Origin: Methanocaldococcus jannaschii DSM 2661 | GTDB taxonomy: Archaea; AGJL01; Methanococci; Methanococcales; Methanocaldococcaceae | Reading direction: 5' to 3' | Assembly (NCBI RefSeq): GCF_000091665.1 | Contig: NC_000909.1 | Coordinates: 1,192,961 to 1,224,960 of the forward strand | Length of the DNA stretch: 32,000 bases | Shown here: positions 17,571 through 26,812 of the stretch, piece after piece | How the letters are laid out: every line of letters begins with the position of its first letter | Position numbering within the stretch: position 1 is the first letter of the stretch | Made by a program: the position numbers and the translations under genes | Notes under the pieces: model-generated | What the model was told of the DNA's origin: nothing | Databases searched by the model: none | Seen by the model: the letters and a program-made list of their open reading frames with translations, nothing else

Positions 17571-18824
17571 TTGCCCTATTATTGGGGGGCTATTCTCATA
17601 GGAGGTGTGTTTTTAGCAGGATGCACACAAAATCAGGAAACTACAACAACTCAGTCAGGAAGTAAAGAAAATGTCATTAAAGTTGGTTTGTTGGTTGATT
17701 TATCTGGAGGTTTAGCAACCTATGGAAACAATGAAAAACATATTTGTGAGATTGCAGAAGAGAAGATAAACAAATACTTTGAAGAGAAGGGAATGCCTTA
17801 CAAAGTAAAACTTTATGTTGAAGATACAAGAGCAGACCCTAATATATGTTTGCAGAAGGTTCAAGCTCTTCACGCTCAGGGAATAACCTTTTTCTTAGGA
17901 CCAATGGCAAGTGGTGAAGTCAAAAATATTAAAGGATTTATTAACTCAAATAAAATCGTTATAATATCCCCAAGTTCAACTGCCCCACCACAGATGCTTG
18001 GATTTAGAACTCCAGAAGAGAAAAAGTATGTATTTAGATTTGTCCCAACAGATAACTTCCAAGGAAATGCCATTGGAGATGTTGCTAAGCAACTTGGTTT
18101 AAAAAATGTAATAGTCATATACAGAAAGGATGCTTGGGGAGATGGGTTGGAGAGAGCAACTGTTGAAAAACTAAAGGCAAATGGAATAAATATTATTGAT
18201 GAAATTCCTTACGACCCTAACATTGGGGACTGGAGTCCAATAATCCAAACTACAACAAATAAAATTGCTGGAAAAGGAAATGATACTGGAGTAATATTCA
18301 TTGGTTATGAAGAGGTTGCAACATTATTATCACAGATTGATGATAACTCACCATTATTAAAACATGTTTGGATTGGTTGTGACGGAACTGCAAACAGTAA
18401 AAAGGTATTGGAAGAGGCTAAAAACAAGGCAGTTAAGGTTAAACTCTATTCAACAATGTTCCAGTCAGAGACGGATGAAGCTGAAAAGATAAAAGAAGAG
18501 TTTAAAAAGAGAGGATATGGAGAGCCTGACCAGTATGCATTAAACGTCTATGATGCATTCTGGGTTGGAGCTATTTCATATGCTGAAATGTTAAATAAAA
18601 CTGGTGGAAAATACGACGCTGACTTATTATCAAAACTAATAAAAGAAAATACTGTTAAATACTCAGAAGGGCAGTTCGGTGTTAAGTCAGTAACTGGATA
18701 CATTAAATTAAATGAATGGAATGACAGAGCAAGTGGAAACTATGGAATCTTTGCAGTAACAGAAGATGGATGGAAGTTAGTTGGAGTTTGGGATTCAACA
18801 ACTGGAAAAATCAACTGGAAATAA
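17571..18824 (+). CDS. livJ: ABC transporter substrate-binding lipoprotein, LivJ/type-I PBP family (branched-chain amino acid type)
   Basis: An LAGC lipobox is followed by a Thr/Gln-rich linker and a type-I periplasmic-binding fold. It sits upstream of livGFHM. The 5' end is anomalous (see findings) and the start codon is uncertain. Confidence 0.75.
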   Translation: MPYYWGAILIGGVFLAGCTQNQETTTTQSGSKENVIKVGLLVDLSGGLATYGNNEKHICEIAEEKINKYFEEKGMPYKVKLYVEDTRADPNICLQKVQALHAQGITFFLGPMASGEVKNIKGFINSNKIVIISPSSTAPPQMLGFRTPEEKKYVFRFVPTDNFQGNAIGDVAKQLGLKNVIVIYRKDAWGDGLERATVEKLKANGINIIDEIPYDPNIGDWSPIIQTTTNKIAGKGNDTGVIFIGYEEVATLLSQIDDNSPLLKHVWIGCDGTANSKKVLEEAKNKAVKVKLYSTMFQSETDEAEKIKEEFKKRGYGEPDQYALNVYDAFWVGAISYAEMLNKTGGKYDADLLSKLIKENTVKYSEGQFGVKSVTGYIKLNEWNDRASGNYGIFAVTEDGWKLVGVWDSTTGKINWK

Positions 18825-18932
18825 AAAATTCCTAAAACTTTAAATAACTCTTTTTTAAATTTTTAAGATATGCAAGTTCTAAGATTATAAATTTTATTCT
18901 TTAAACTTTTTATCATTTTTTTGAGGGATACA

Positions 18933-19694
18933 ATGGAGATTTTAAGGACAGAAAATATTGTAAAATATTTTGGAGAGTTTAAAGCTTTAGACGGGGTTTC
19001 TATAAGTGTAAATAAGGGAGATGTTACGTTAATCATAGGACCAAACGGAAGTGGAAAATCTACCCTAATAAATGTTATTACAGGATTTTTAAAGGCAGAT
19101 GAGGGGAGAGTTTATTTTGAAAATAAGGATATAACCAACAAAGAACCAGCAGAACTCTACCATTACGGAATTGTTAGAACTTTTCAAACACCTCAGCCAT
19201 TAAAAGAGATGACGGTCTTAGAAAATTTGTTAATAGGAGAGATTAATCCGGGAGAAAGCCCTTTAAATTCCCTATTCTATAAAAAATGGATTCCAAAAGA
19301 GGAAGAAATGGTTGAAAAGGCATTCAAAATATTGGAATTTTTAAAATTATCCCATCTATATGATAGAAAGGCAGGAGAGTTAAGTGGAGGGCAGATGAAA
19401 CTTGTTGAGATTGGAAGAGCTTTGATGACAAATCCAAAAATGATTGTTATGGATGAGCCAATAGCAGGAGTTGCTCCAGGTTTAGCTCACGATATATTTA
19501 ATCACGTCCTTGAATTAAAAGCTAAAGGAATAACTTTCCTAATTATTGAGCATAGGTTAGATATTGTTTTGAACTATATAGACCACTTGTATGTTATGTT
19601 TAATGGACAGATTATTGCTGAAGGTAGGGGAGAAGAGGAGATTAAGAATGTCTTATCGGACCCAAAAGTTGTTGAAATTTACATTGGAGAATAA
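18933..19694 (+). CDS. livG: ABC transporter ATP-binding protein LivG-type
   Basis: Walker [10 protein letters not shown], signature LSGGQ, Walker B MIVMDEP. GAGGGA precedes the ATG at 18933. Confidence 0.9.
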   Translation: MEILRTENIVKYFGEFKALDGVSISVNKGDVTLIIGPNGSGKSTLINVITGFLKADEGRVYFENKDITNKEPAELYHYGIVRTFQTPQPLKEMTVLENLLIGEINPGESPLNSLFYKKWIPKEEEMVEKAFKILEFLKLSHLYDRKAGELSGGQMKLVEIGRALMTNPKMIVMDEPIAGVAPGLAHDIFNHVLELKAKGITFLIIEHRLDIVLNYIDHLYVMFNGQIIAEGRGEEEIKNVLSDPKVVEIYIGE

Positions 19695-19715
19695 ATAAAA
19701 TCCTTGGTGATTAAT

Positions 19716-20428
19716 ATGATAAAAGTAAAAAATCTAAACGCTGGTTATGGAAAATTGCAGATACTATTTGATGTGAATGCAAAAATAGAAAAGGGAAAAT
19801 TACCACAGTTGTTGGACCTAATGGTAGTGGAAAATCCACATTTTTAAAAACGTTGTTTGGTTTAACAAAAATATATTCTGGAGAGATTATATTTAAGGAT
19901 AAAGATATAGCAAAAGTCCCTCCACATCAAAAAGCAAGGATGAAAATAGCTTATTTACCACAAACAAACAATGTATTTGCTAATTTGACCGTAGAGGAGA
20001 ACTTAAAAATTGCTGGTTATGTATTAGATAAAGATAAGGTAAAGGAAAGAATTGAAATAGCCTTAAGTGTATTCCCAGAGCTTAAGGACATTTTAAAGAG
20101 AAAGGCAGGAACGCTTAGTGGAGGACAGAGGCAGTTCTTAGCCATGGGTATGGCTTTAGTTAGGGATGCTGAGGTCTTAATGTTAGATGAACCAACTGCT
20201 CAATTGTCACCAAAACTCGCTGAAGTGATATTTGAAAAGATTATTGAGATGAGGGATAACTTTGGACTAACAATTTTGTTGGTTGAGCAAAATGCTAAGA
20301 GAGCTTTAGAGATTAGTGATAACGGCTATATGTTTGTAAGTGGAAGAGTAGCATTTGAGGGAACAGCAGAAGAGTTGTTAAACCATGAGAAATTTAAGGA
20401 ATATTCATTAGGAATAACTGCTGTATAA
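19716..20428 (+). pseudogene. livF: ABC transporter ATP-binding protein LivF-type, reading frame broken by a 1-nt frameshift near the Walker A motif
   Basis: The ATG at 19716 (RBS GGTGAT) gives [28 protein letters not shown] and then runs to a TAA at 19845-19847. The Walker A motif and the rest of the protein ([22 protein letters not shown]...LSGGQRQ...LMLDEP) are in the -1 frame, which is open from 19772 to 20428. Confidence 0.8.
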
Positions 20429-20496
20429 GGTATAATTTTTATAAAACCTAATGAACACATTTGGTCAAGCTTTTACTAAAAGATTTAGGTGAGAAA

Positions 20497-21408
20497 ATGA
20501 TTTTAGAAGGAGCTATTATATACTCCAACCTTTTGGTTTTGTTGGCTTTGGGATTAACTCTAACTTATATAACAACAAACGTTCCAAACTTTGCTCAGGG
20601 AAGTTATGCGATAGTTGGGAGTTATGTTGCTTTAACATTATTAAAGTTGTTTGGTATTTGTCCTTATCTTTCTTTACCAGTTTTATTTGTTGTTGGGGCA
20701 ATTGTTGGTTTAATAACTTATTTAGCTTTAAAGCCCTTGATAAAAAGAAATGCCTCTGTAGAGATTTTAATGATTGCAACTCTTGCTATAGATTTAATAT
20801 TATTGGGTGTTATTGGGGCTTACTCTGAAATATTAAGTCAAATTGTTGGTTCTACTCAAGCAAAATTCGTTTTTGCAAACTTGGATTTTTCATTATTTGG
20901 ATTTAAAGGAATTTTATTTGTTTCAACCTTCGTAGTTATACTACTATTAATTGGACTTTATCTCCTCCTGTATAAAACAAAGTTTGGTATTGCTTTGAGA
21001 GCTTCAATGGAGAATCCTTCATTAGCTCAAACTATGGGAATTGATGTTGAAAAAACAAGATTATTTTCTTGGATTCTTTCTGGAGCTTTAGCTGGAGTTG
21101 CTGGTGGGCTTTTACCTTTCATGCAAGAGATTGTTCCAGCCACTGGGGATTTAATTATTATTTCAATCTTTGCGGCAAGTATTGTTGGAGGTTTAAGGCA
21201 TATAAGTGGAGCATTAATAGGGGGCTATATAATTGGAATATCTGAGAGTTTAATAACTTATTATTTAGCATCAGCATTTGGAACAGGATTTTTGGTTTAT
21301 GGAAAGGTTATCTCCTTAATAATAATGATAGCAACATTATTAATAGCACCTTATGGAATTACTGGAGTCGATTGGAAAAAGTTAAAAAGATTATTATCTA
21401 CTTCATAA
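20497..21408 (+). CDS. livH: Branched-chain amino acid ABC transporter permease LivH-type
   Basis: A polytopic membrane protein of the LivH/LivM family. GGTGAGAAA precedes the ATG at 20497. Confidence 0.85.
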   Translation: MILEGAIIYSNLLVLLALGLTLTYITTNVPNFAQGSYAIVGSYVALTLLKLFGICPYLSLPVLFVVGAIVGLITYLALKPLIKRNASVEILMIATLAIDLILLGVIGAYSEILSQIVGSTQAKFVFANLDFSLFGFKGILFVSTFVVILLLIGLYLLLYKTKFGIALRASMENPSLAQTMGIDVEKTRLFSWILSGALAGVAGGLLPFMQEIVPATGDLIIISIFAASIVGGLRHISGALIGGYIIGISESLITYYLASAFGTGFLVYGKVISLIIMIATLLIAPYGITGVDWKKLKRLLSTS

Positions 21409-21429
21409 TTTAACTTATGGGGTGAAAAT

Positions 21430-22467
21430 ATGAGTATTGATTTAATATCCATGATTTTATTGTGGTTTGGGCTTTATTATATTGTTTCTCTTTCCTTAAA
21501 TATGGAATTTGGTTATGCAGGAATTCCAAACTTTGGTAAGGCATTATCAGTTTTGGTTGGAGCTATTGCAGTTGGGGGAATTTTAGATAGGTTGTTAATG
21601 CTATATTTCGGTATTGGAGGAGATTTTATCACTGGAACTACTTATGCAACATCTGCTATAAACAATTTAATTGCCTCAAATCCAATAGTTGGGATTGGAA
21701 TATTAATATTAGCAATAATATTGGCTTCAATTCTTGGTTTTGTAGTTGGGGCAATCTTTATCTTACCAAGTGCTAAATTAAAGGAGGACTATTTAGGAAT
21801 TACCTTATTAGCTATAAGTGAAGCAGTTCTTTTAATCTGCACATATAACTTAAATATAATTGGTGGTTATTATGGAATTTCAACCCCAGATATATTAGCA
21901 TTTGTCTCTGGAGAATATAGAGGTTGGGTATTTGCATGGATTGTATTATTTATTGCTTTCTTAGTTTATTTATTCTTTGAAAGATTGTTGAATACTCCAT
22001 TTGGTAGAGTATTAAGGGCTATGAGAGAAAATGAAAATACAGTTAAAGCATTTGGTAGAGATATAATGAAATTAAGAATAAAAACAATGGCAATTGGTTC
22101 TGCAATTGGAGCAATTGCAGGGGTTTTGTATTCATTATATACTGTAAATATCATTGCTAATGCATTTACAAGAGTAGATTGGACTTTCTTCCCATTTTTA
22201 ATGGTATTATTGGGAGGAAAGGGAAATAACAAAGGAGTTGCTTTAGGGGTTTTATGTTATGTGATAGTTAAGGTCTTATTAGATATATACAAATATAATA
22301 TAAAATATGCATTAGGTATTCCATTTGAGCCCGTCTGGCTTTCATATATGTTATTTGGAGTTTTAATGCTTCTTATCCTCTACTACAAGCCATCTGGCTT
22401 AATTCCAGAGAAACCAATTATAACTCCACCAATGAAAAAGAAAATCATGGAAATTAGTGGCAAATAA
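21430..22467 (+). CDS. livM: Branched-chain amino acid ABC transporter permease LivM-type
   Basis: A polytopic membrane protein, paralogous to the upstream permease. GGGGTGA RBS. Confidence 0.85.
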   Translation: MSIDLISMILLWFGLYYIVSLSLNMEFGYAGIPNFGKALSVLVGAIAVGGILDRLLMLYFGIGGDFITGTTYATSAINNLIASNPIVGIGILILAIILASILGFVVGAIFILPSAKLKEDYLGITLLAISEAVLLICTYNLNIIGGYYGISTPDILAFVSGEYRGWVFAWIVLFIAFLVYLFFERLLNTPFGRVLRAMRENENTVKAFGRDIMKLRIKTMAIGSAIGAIAGVLYSLYTVNIIANAFTRVDWTFFPFLMVLLGGKGNNKGVALGVLCYVIVKVLLDIYKYNIKYALGIPFEPVWLSYMLFGVLMLLILYYKPSGLIPEKPIITPPMKKKIMEISGK

Positions 22468-22672
22468 CTAAATATAATAGAATTCTCCCGAGAATAAATG
22501 TTTTTATCATTCTGAAGTAAATATATAGAAACTCCTATAATACCCATTAATAAATTTTATTAATTTCTGAAAGATACCATATTTCCTAAAGAATATTTTT
22601 ATTTGAACATTTTCAGCTCTTTTGAAATTTAATTTTTAAAATTAAGATAAAATATTTTTGTGGTGATAAGAA

Positions 22673-23185
22673 ATGATTATTAAGGGAAGAGCTCACAAAT
22701 TTGGGGATGATGTAGATACAGACGCAATAATTCCAGGACCTTACTTAAGGACTACAGACCCTTACGAGTTAGCTTCACACTGCATGGCAGGGATAGATGA
22801 AAACTTCCCGAAAAAGGTTAAGGAGGGGGATGTGATAGTTGCTGGAGAGAATTTTGGTTGTGGTTCAAGTAGGGAGCAGGCTGTAATAGCAATAAAATAC
22901 TGTGGTATTAAGGCTGTGATAGCAAAAAGCTTTGCAAGAATATTCTATAGAAATGCAATAAACGTTGGATTAATACCAATAATAGCAAATACAGATGAAA
23001 TTAAAGACGGAGACATAGTAGAGATTGATTTAGATAAAGAAGAGATTGTAATAACCAATAAAAACAAAACAATAAAGTGTGAAACACCAAAAGGTTTAGA
23101 AAGAGAAATATTGGCTGCTGGTGGCTTAGTCAATTATTTAAAAAAGAGAAAACTAATACAATCAAAAAAAGGTGTAAAAACATGA
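22673..23185 (+). CDS. hacB: Aconitase-family small subunit, homoaconitase HacB-type (YLRT specificity loop)
   Basis: LeuD-like small-subunit motifs ([13 protein letters not shown]) and the loop [10 protein letters not shown]. The assignment to homoaconitase rather than IPM isomerase rests on published methanogen HacB/LeuD work as I recall it. Confidence 0.75.
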   Translation: MIIKGRAHKFGDDVDTDAIIPGPYLRTTDPYELASHCMAGIDENFPKKVKEGDVIVAGENFGCGSSREQAVIAIKYCGIKAVIAKSFARIFYRNAINVGLIPIIANTDEIKDGDIVEIDLDKEEIVITNKNKTIKCETPKGLEREILAAGGLVNYLKKRKLIQSKKGVKT

Positions 23186-23673
23186 TGTTGGAGTTAAATG
23201 GACTACATGCAGGTTTAAGGTTTTCATCAGCCCATATTGTATTTGGACATCCAACTTGTGGGGTTATACATGGACATTCTTATTATGTAGATGTAAAACT
23301 TTATGGAGAGAGGGCTGGAGACTTCAAATTTGTATGTGATTTTAAAATAATTAAAAAAATTGTAAAAGAGATTTGTGATGAATTAGACCACAAATTAATA
23401 CTTCCAAAAAATCATGAACATGTATATTATGAGTTAAGAGATAAAACCCTATACTTTAAATATGAGAATAAAGAATACAGTATTCCTGTTGAGGATGTCA
23501 TTTTATTACCTATTCCATCAACTACAGCTGAAGATTTAGCAATATATTTTGCCAATGAAATAGCAGATAGATTAAAAAATCTCGGTTTTTCTAATATAAA
23601 TTGGATAGAGGTCTCTATCAATGAGGGAATAGGACAGGGAGCTTGCTATAGAAAATACTTAGAGGTGAAATAA
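23182..23673 (+). CDS. queD: 6-pyruvoyltetrahydropterin synthase / QueD family protein (6-carboxytetrahydropterin synthase-like)
   Basis: PTPS-fold zinc-ligand histidines (SSAHIVFGH...CGVIHGHSY). The start overlaps the hacB stop codon (ATGA). Confidence 0.7.
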   Translation: MMLELNGLHAGLRFSSAHIVFGHPTCGVIHGHSYYVDVKLYGERAGDFKFVCDFKIIKKIVKEICDELDHKLILPKNHEHVYYELRDKTLYFKYENKEYSIPVEDVILLPIPSTTAEDLAIYFANEIADRLKNLGFSNINWIEVSINEGIGQGACYRKYLEVK

Positions 23674-24725
23674 TGGAAAGAATCTTAGAGAAGGTTAGAG
23701 CAAAGTCAGAGATTCCAGTATATGACAAATCAATTGAGAATGTTTTGTCAGCTATTTTAACAACCAACGATTTTTGGAAGATTGTTGATTTAAGTGAGGA
23801 ACCATTACCTTTAGTTGCTGATATTATAAGAATTTTAGAAGAGGAGGGATTAGTAAAGATAAGTAATGGAATAGAATTTACTGAAAAAGGAAATGAATTT
23901 ATAAAATCCTATGGAATTGGAGCTAAAGATAATAGTGTTTGTGAATGCTGTGAAGGGAGGGGGGTTTCTTTAAAGAACTACCAAGATTTATTAGAGAGAT
24001 TTAAAGAGATTGTTAAAAATAGACCAATGCCAAAACACGAATACGACCAAGGTTTCGTTACACCAGAATGCACAATTTCAAGAATCGCTTTAATGAACTC
24101 AAGAGGAGATTTATTCAATAAGGATGTTTTAGTTTTAGGGGATGATGACTTAACAAGTATTGCTTTAATGCTCTCAAATCTTCCAAAAAAAATAGTTGTT
24201 GTTGATATTGACGATAGATTAATCAACTTCATAAAAGAGGTTGCTGAGCAATTAAATTACAAAAATATAGAAGTTATAACCTTAGATTTAAGAAAACCAC
24301 TTCCAGAGAAATACAGCAGAGCGTTTGATACTTTTATAACAGACCCACCAGAAACAGTTTATGCTGTAAAAACATTCATTGGTAGAGGAATATCAGCATT
24401 AAAAGGAGAGAGAAGAGCTGGTTACTTTGGAATTACAAGAAGAGAGAGTTCATTGGATAAGTGGAGAGAAATTCAAAGAACATTGATAAACGACTTCAAT
24501 GTGGTTATAACTGACATAATAAGGAATTTCAACCACTATGTAAATTGGGGTTATGAAGAAGAAACAAGAGCTTGGAAATTAGCTCCTGTAAAGAAAAAAC
24601 CAGAAGATATTTGGTATAAATCCTATATGTTCAGAATAGAGACATTGAAGGATAGCAGAGGATTTGAAGAAGAAGTTGATGTTGGAGATGAGTTATACAA
24701 CGATGCTGAAAGTTCAACAACATAA
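23673..24725 (+). CDS. bpsA: N4-bis(aminopropyl)spermidine synthase-like protein (BpsA/DUF43 family, branched-chain polyamine synthesis)
   Basis: 350 aa with a Rossmann-type domain (VLVLGDDDLTSIAL, FITDPPET). The family assignment is from memory of Thermococcus BpsA homologs. The start overlaps the upstream stop codon (TAATG). Confidence 0.6.
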   Translation: MERILEKVRAKSEIPVYDKSIENVLSAILTTNDFWKIVDLSEEPLPLVADIIRILEEEGLVKISNGIEFTEKGNEFIKSYGIGAKDNSVCECCEGRGVSLKNYQDLLERFKEIVKNRPMPKHEYDQGFVTPECTISRIALMNSRGDLFNKDVLVLGDDDLTSIALMLSNLPKKIVVVDIDDRLINFIKEVAEQLNYKNIEVITLDLRKPLPEKYSRAFDTFITDPPETVYAVKTFIGRGISALKGERRAGYFGITRRESSLDKWREIQRTLINDFNVVITDIIRNFNHYVNWGYEEETRAWKLAPVKKKPEDIWYKSYMFRIETLKDSRGFEEEVDVGDELYNDAESSTT

Positions 24726-24741
24726 AAAATTTTTAAAATTT

Positions 24742-25515
24742 TTAAATATTTTCACATAAATATTTTAATGCATCTTCTTCCATAAAATGAAGTTTTCCTG
24801 GAATTATTATGCAATGCAAAGGCTCACCAAAATCATAATTAATTAAATCTTTTATCTTCCCATAGACAAGTTTTGGTTTTAAACTTCCAGCTCTTGCAAC
24901 CACCACAGCCTTTGTATCTTCATTTATAATTCCTTCTTTCTTTCTATTTTCTAATTCTAACAACACTTTTAATCCTTCATTTGCTGTCATAAACCTCTTT
25001 TCATTTTCATCAATCCTAATATCCAATAAGCAGAGAGTATGCAACCCTCTCTCTAAGTTTTCCTTTATTACATTGTATGGAGTTTCTGGAAAGTAGTTTT
25101 CTTCTGGAAAGACAATTGATGTAGTTTTACCAAATTTATACAACTGCAATCCAGTAATTCCAACAGCTGAATATATGGATGGAGCATTTATTATTAAAAC
25201 TTCAATCCCTTTCTTTTTTGCCTCTATTGCTAAATCAACGTGTGTTGTAGCAACCATTGGGTCGCCAGCAGTTAAAAACATTATGTCTTTATCCTTTGCC
25301 TCTTCTATCAACTTATATCCATTGTATTCAACATCTTTCCTACTTAAAACATGAATCTTTTTACCTAAAACCTCTTCTATTTTTTCAGTTGTAGTTCCAG
25401 TTAAAACTGCAGTGTAGAATTCAGCATAGATTTTCTCAGCTTTTTTGGCAAATTTTAAGGTTTTTAAGGTCATGTCATTTTCATCATACAATCCTAAACC
25501 CGCTAAGATTAGCAT
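24742..25515 (-). CDS. dphB: Diphthine synthase
   Basis: Tetrapyrrole-methylase fold: MLILAGLGLYDENDMTLKTL, FLTAGDPMVATTH. The length of 257 aa is typical. Confidence 0.92.
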   Translation of the reverse strand: MLILAGLGLYDENDMTLKTLKFAKKAEKIYAEFYTAVLTGTTTEKIEEVLGKKIHVLSRKDVEYNGYKLIEEAKDKDIMFLTAGDPMVATTHVDLAIEAKKKGIEVLIINAPSIYSAVGITGLQLYKFGKTTSIVFPEENYFPETPYNVIKENLERGLHTLCLLDIRIDENEKRFMTANEGLKVLLELENRKKEGIINEDTKAVVVARAGSLKPKLVYGKIKDLINYDFGEPLHCIIIPGKLHFMEEDALKYLCENI

Positions 25516-25637
25516 TTATATCACCAATTTTTCATGTCTTTCAAAACTTTTAGAATGACTAAGAATGGTTCCAGCAAAAGGGTTATATATTAAAATAGCC
25601 CTCTAACCTAAACAATTAAAATTTTGATGGTGGGGTA

Positions 25638-26804
25638 ATGGAAAGTTATTATTATGTGTTCTTCATAATATTATCAATAATCTTCATTGTGCCTAATCTA
25701 TTAAAGAAGTTTAACATCCCTGCCATAACATCCATTATGATTGCAGGGATTATTATAGGTCCTTATGGGTTAAATATATTGCAGGTGGATGAGACATTAA
25801 AAATACTTGCAGATTTTGGAGCGATTATGTTAATGTTTTTAGCAGGACTTGAAGTAGATAATGAAACTTTAAAACAAGAGTTTAAGAACTCCCTAATTTT
25901 AAGTTTATTCTCACTACTAATCCCTGGTGTTGGAGGTTACCTAATTGGGCAGTATTTAGGTCTTGGATTTATTGGGAGTTTGTTATATGCTGTAATATTT
26001 GCGTCTCATTCTGTAGCAATTGTTTATGCAATATTAGAAGAGCTGAAAATGGTTAAAACAAGATTGGGGACTATAATTTTAAGTGCTACAATTATCGTTG
26101 ATTTATTTACTCTTCTTTTATTATCAGTAGTTATAAAGTTAGGGATTGGTGGAGAGAATGTGGGAACATTCTTATTAGAGACAGTTTTATACATTGGTGT
26201 GTTACTTTTAGCTATCCCATCACTATCCAAAAATATCCTTGGAGTATTTGAAAAGCTTCACGCTCAAAGAATACACTATGTTTTATTTATTATATTCATT
26301 GCCATAATAGTTGGGGAGGTTATTGGAATTCATCCAATAGTTGGGGCTTTTATCTGTGGTGTTGCTGTTAGTGAAGCTTTAACTAAAGAAGAGCATGATG
26401 AACTTCTAAACAAAAATTTGAATGCAATTGGTTATGGTTTCTTTATACCAATATTCTTCTTAGTTTTAGGAATGGAGACAAATATAAGAGTTATATTTAA
26501 TTTAAGTAACTTAGAGCTTTTATTAATCACACTAATTTCAGCAGTGGCGTTAAAATTTATCTCTGGTTTTATCGCTTTAAGAATTTTAGGTTTTGATAGA
26601 ATAAAAAATACTATTGGAGGTTTATTAACAGTTCCAAAAATTTCAGCTTCGTTAGTAGCAGCATCAATTGGAAGAGAACTTGGTTTAATAGGAAATGAAA
26701 TATTTGTAACAATTGTAGCTCTCTCTGTAATAACAGCTACAATAACTCCAATAGTGGTGAAGCATATATTTGTTGCAAAATGTAATAAAAAAGCTAAAAA
26801 TTAA
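25638..26804 (+). CDS. Monovalent cation:proton antiporter (CPA2, NapA/KefB-like)
   Basis: 388 aa with about 11-12 TM helices and the conserved MFLAGLEVD segment. GGTGGGG RBS. Confidence 0.85.
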   Translation: MESYYYVFFIILSIIFIVPNLLKKFNIPAITSIMIAGIIIGPYGLNILQVDETLKILADFGAIMLMFLAGLEVDNETLKQEFKNSLILSLFSLLIPGVGGYLIGQYLGLGFIGSLLYAVIFASHSVAIVYAILEELKMVKTRLGTIILSATIIVDLFTLLLLSVVIKLGIGGENVGTFLLETVLYIGVLLLAIPSLSKNILGVFEKLHAQRIHYVLFIIFIAIIVGEVIGIHPIVGAFICGVAVSEALTKEEHDELLNKNLNAIGYGFFIPIFFLVLGMETNIRVIFNLSNLELLLITLISAVALKFISGFIALRILGFDRIKNTIGGLLTVPKISASLVAASIGRELGLIGNEIFVTIVALSVITATITPIVVKHIFVAKCNKKAKN

Positions 26805-26812
26805 TTTTTTTA

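Noticed and set aside
22481-22494. A small palindrome, ATTCTC-CC-GAGAAT, just after the livM stop codon, considered as a possible regulatory hairpin.
   Set aside because: It is a short stem with an essentially absent loop. It is compatible with a trivial terminator-proximal structure, and archaeal termination relies mainly on T-runs, so it is not distinctive enough to report as a finding.
25546-25631. A possible fifth, degenerate copy of the palindromic element (CATGTCTTTCAAAAC ... AAAATTTTGATGG) in the dphB/antiporter divergent spacer.
   Set aside because: Only about 6 bp of the arms can pair (TCAAAA/TTTTGA). There is no TAAGGA motif, and the central stem is only a weak 4-bp one (AGGG/CCCT). 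This is insufficient to call.
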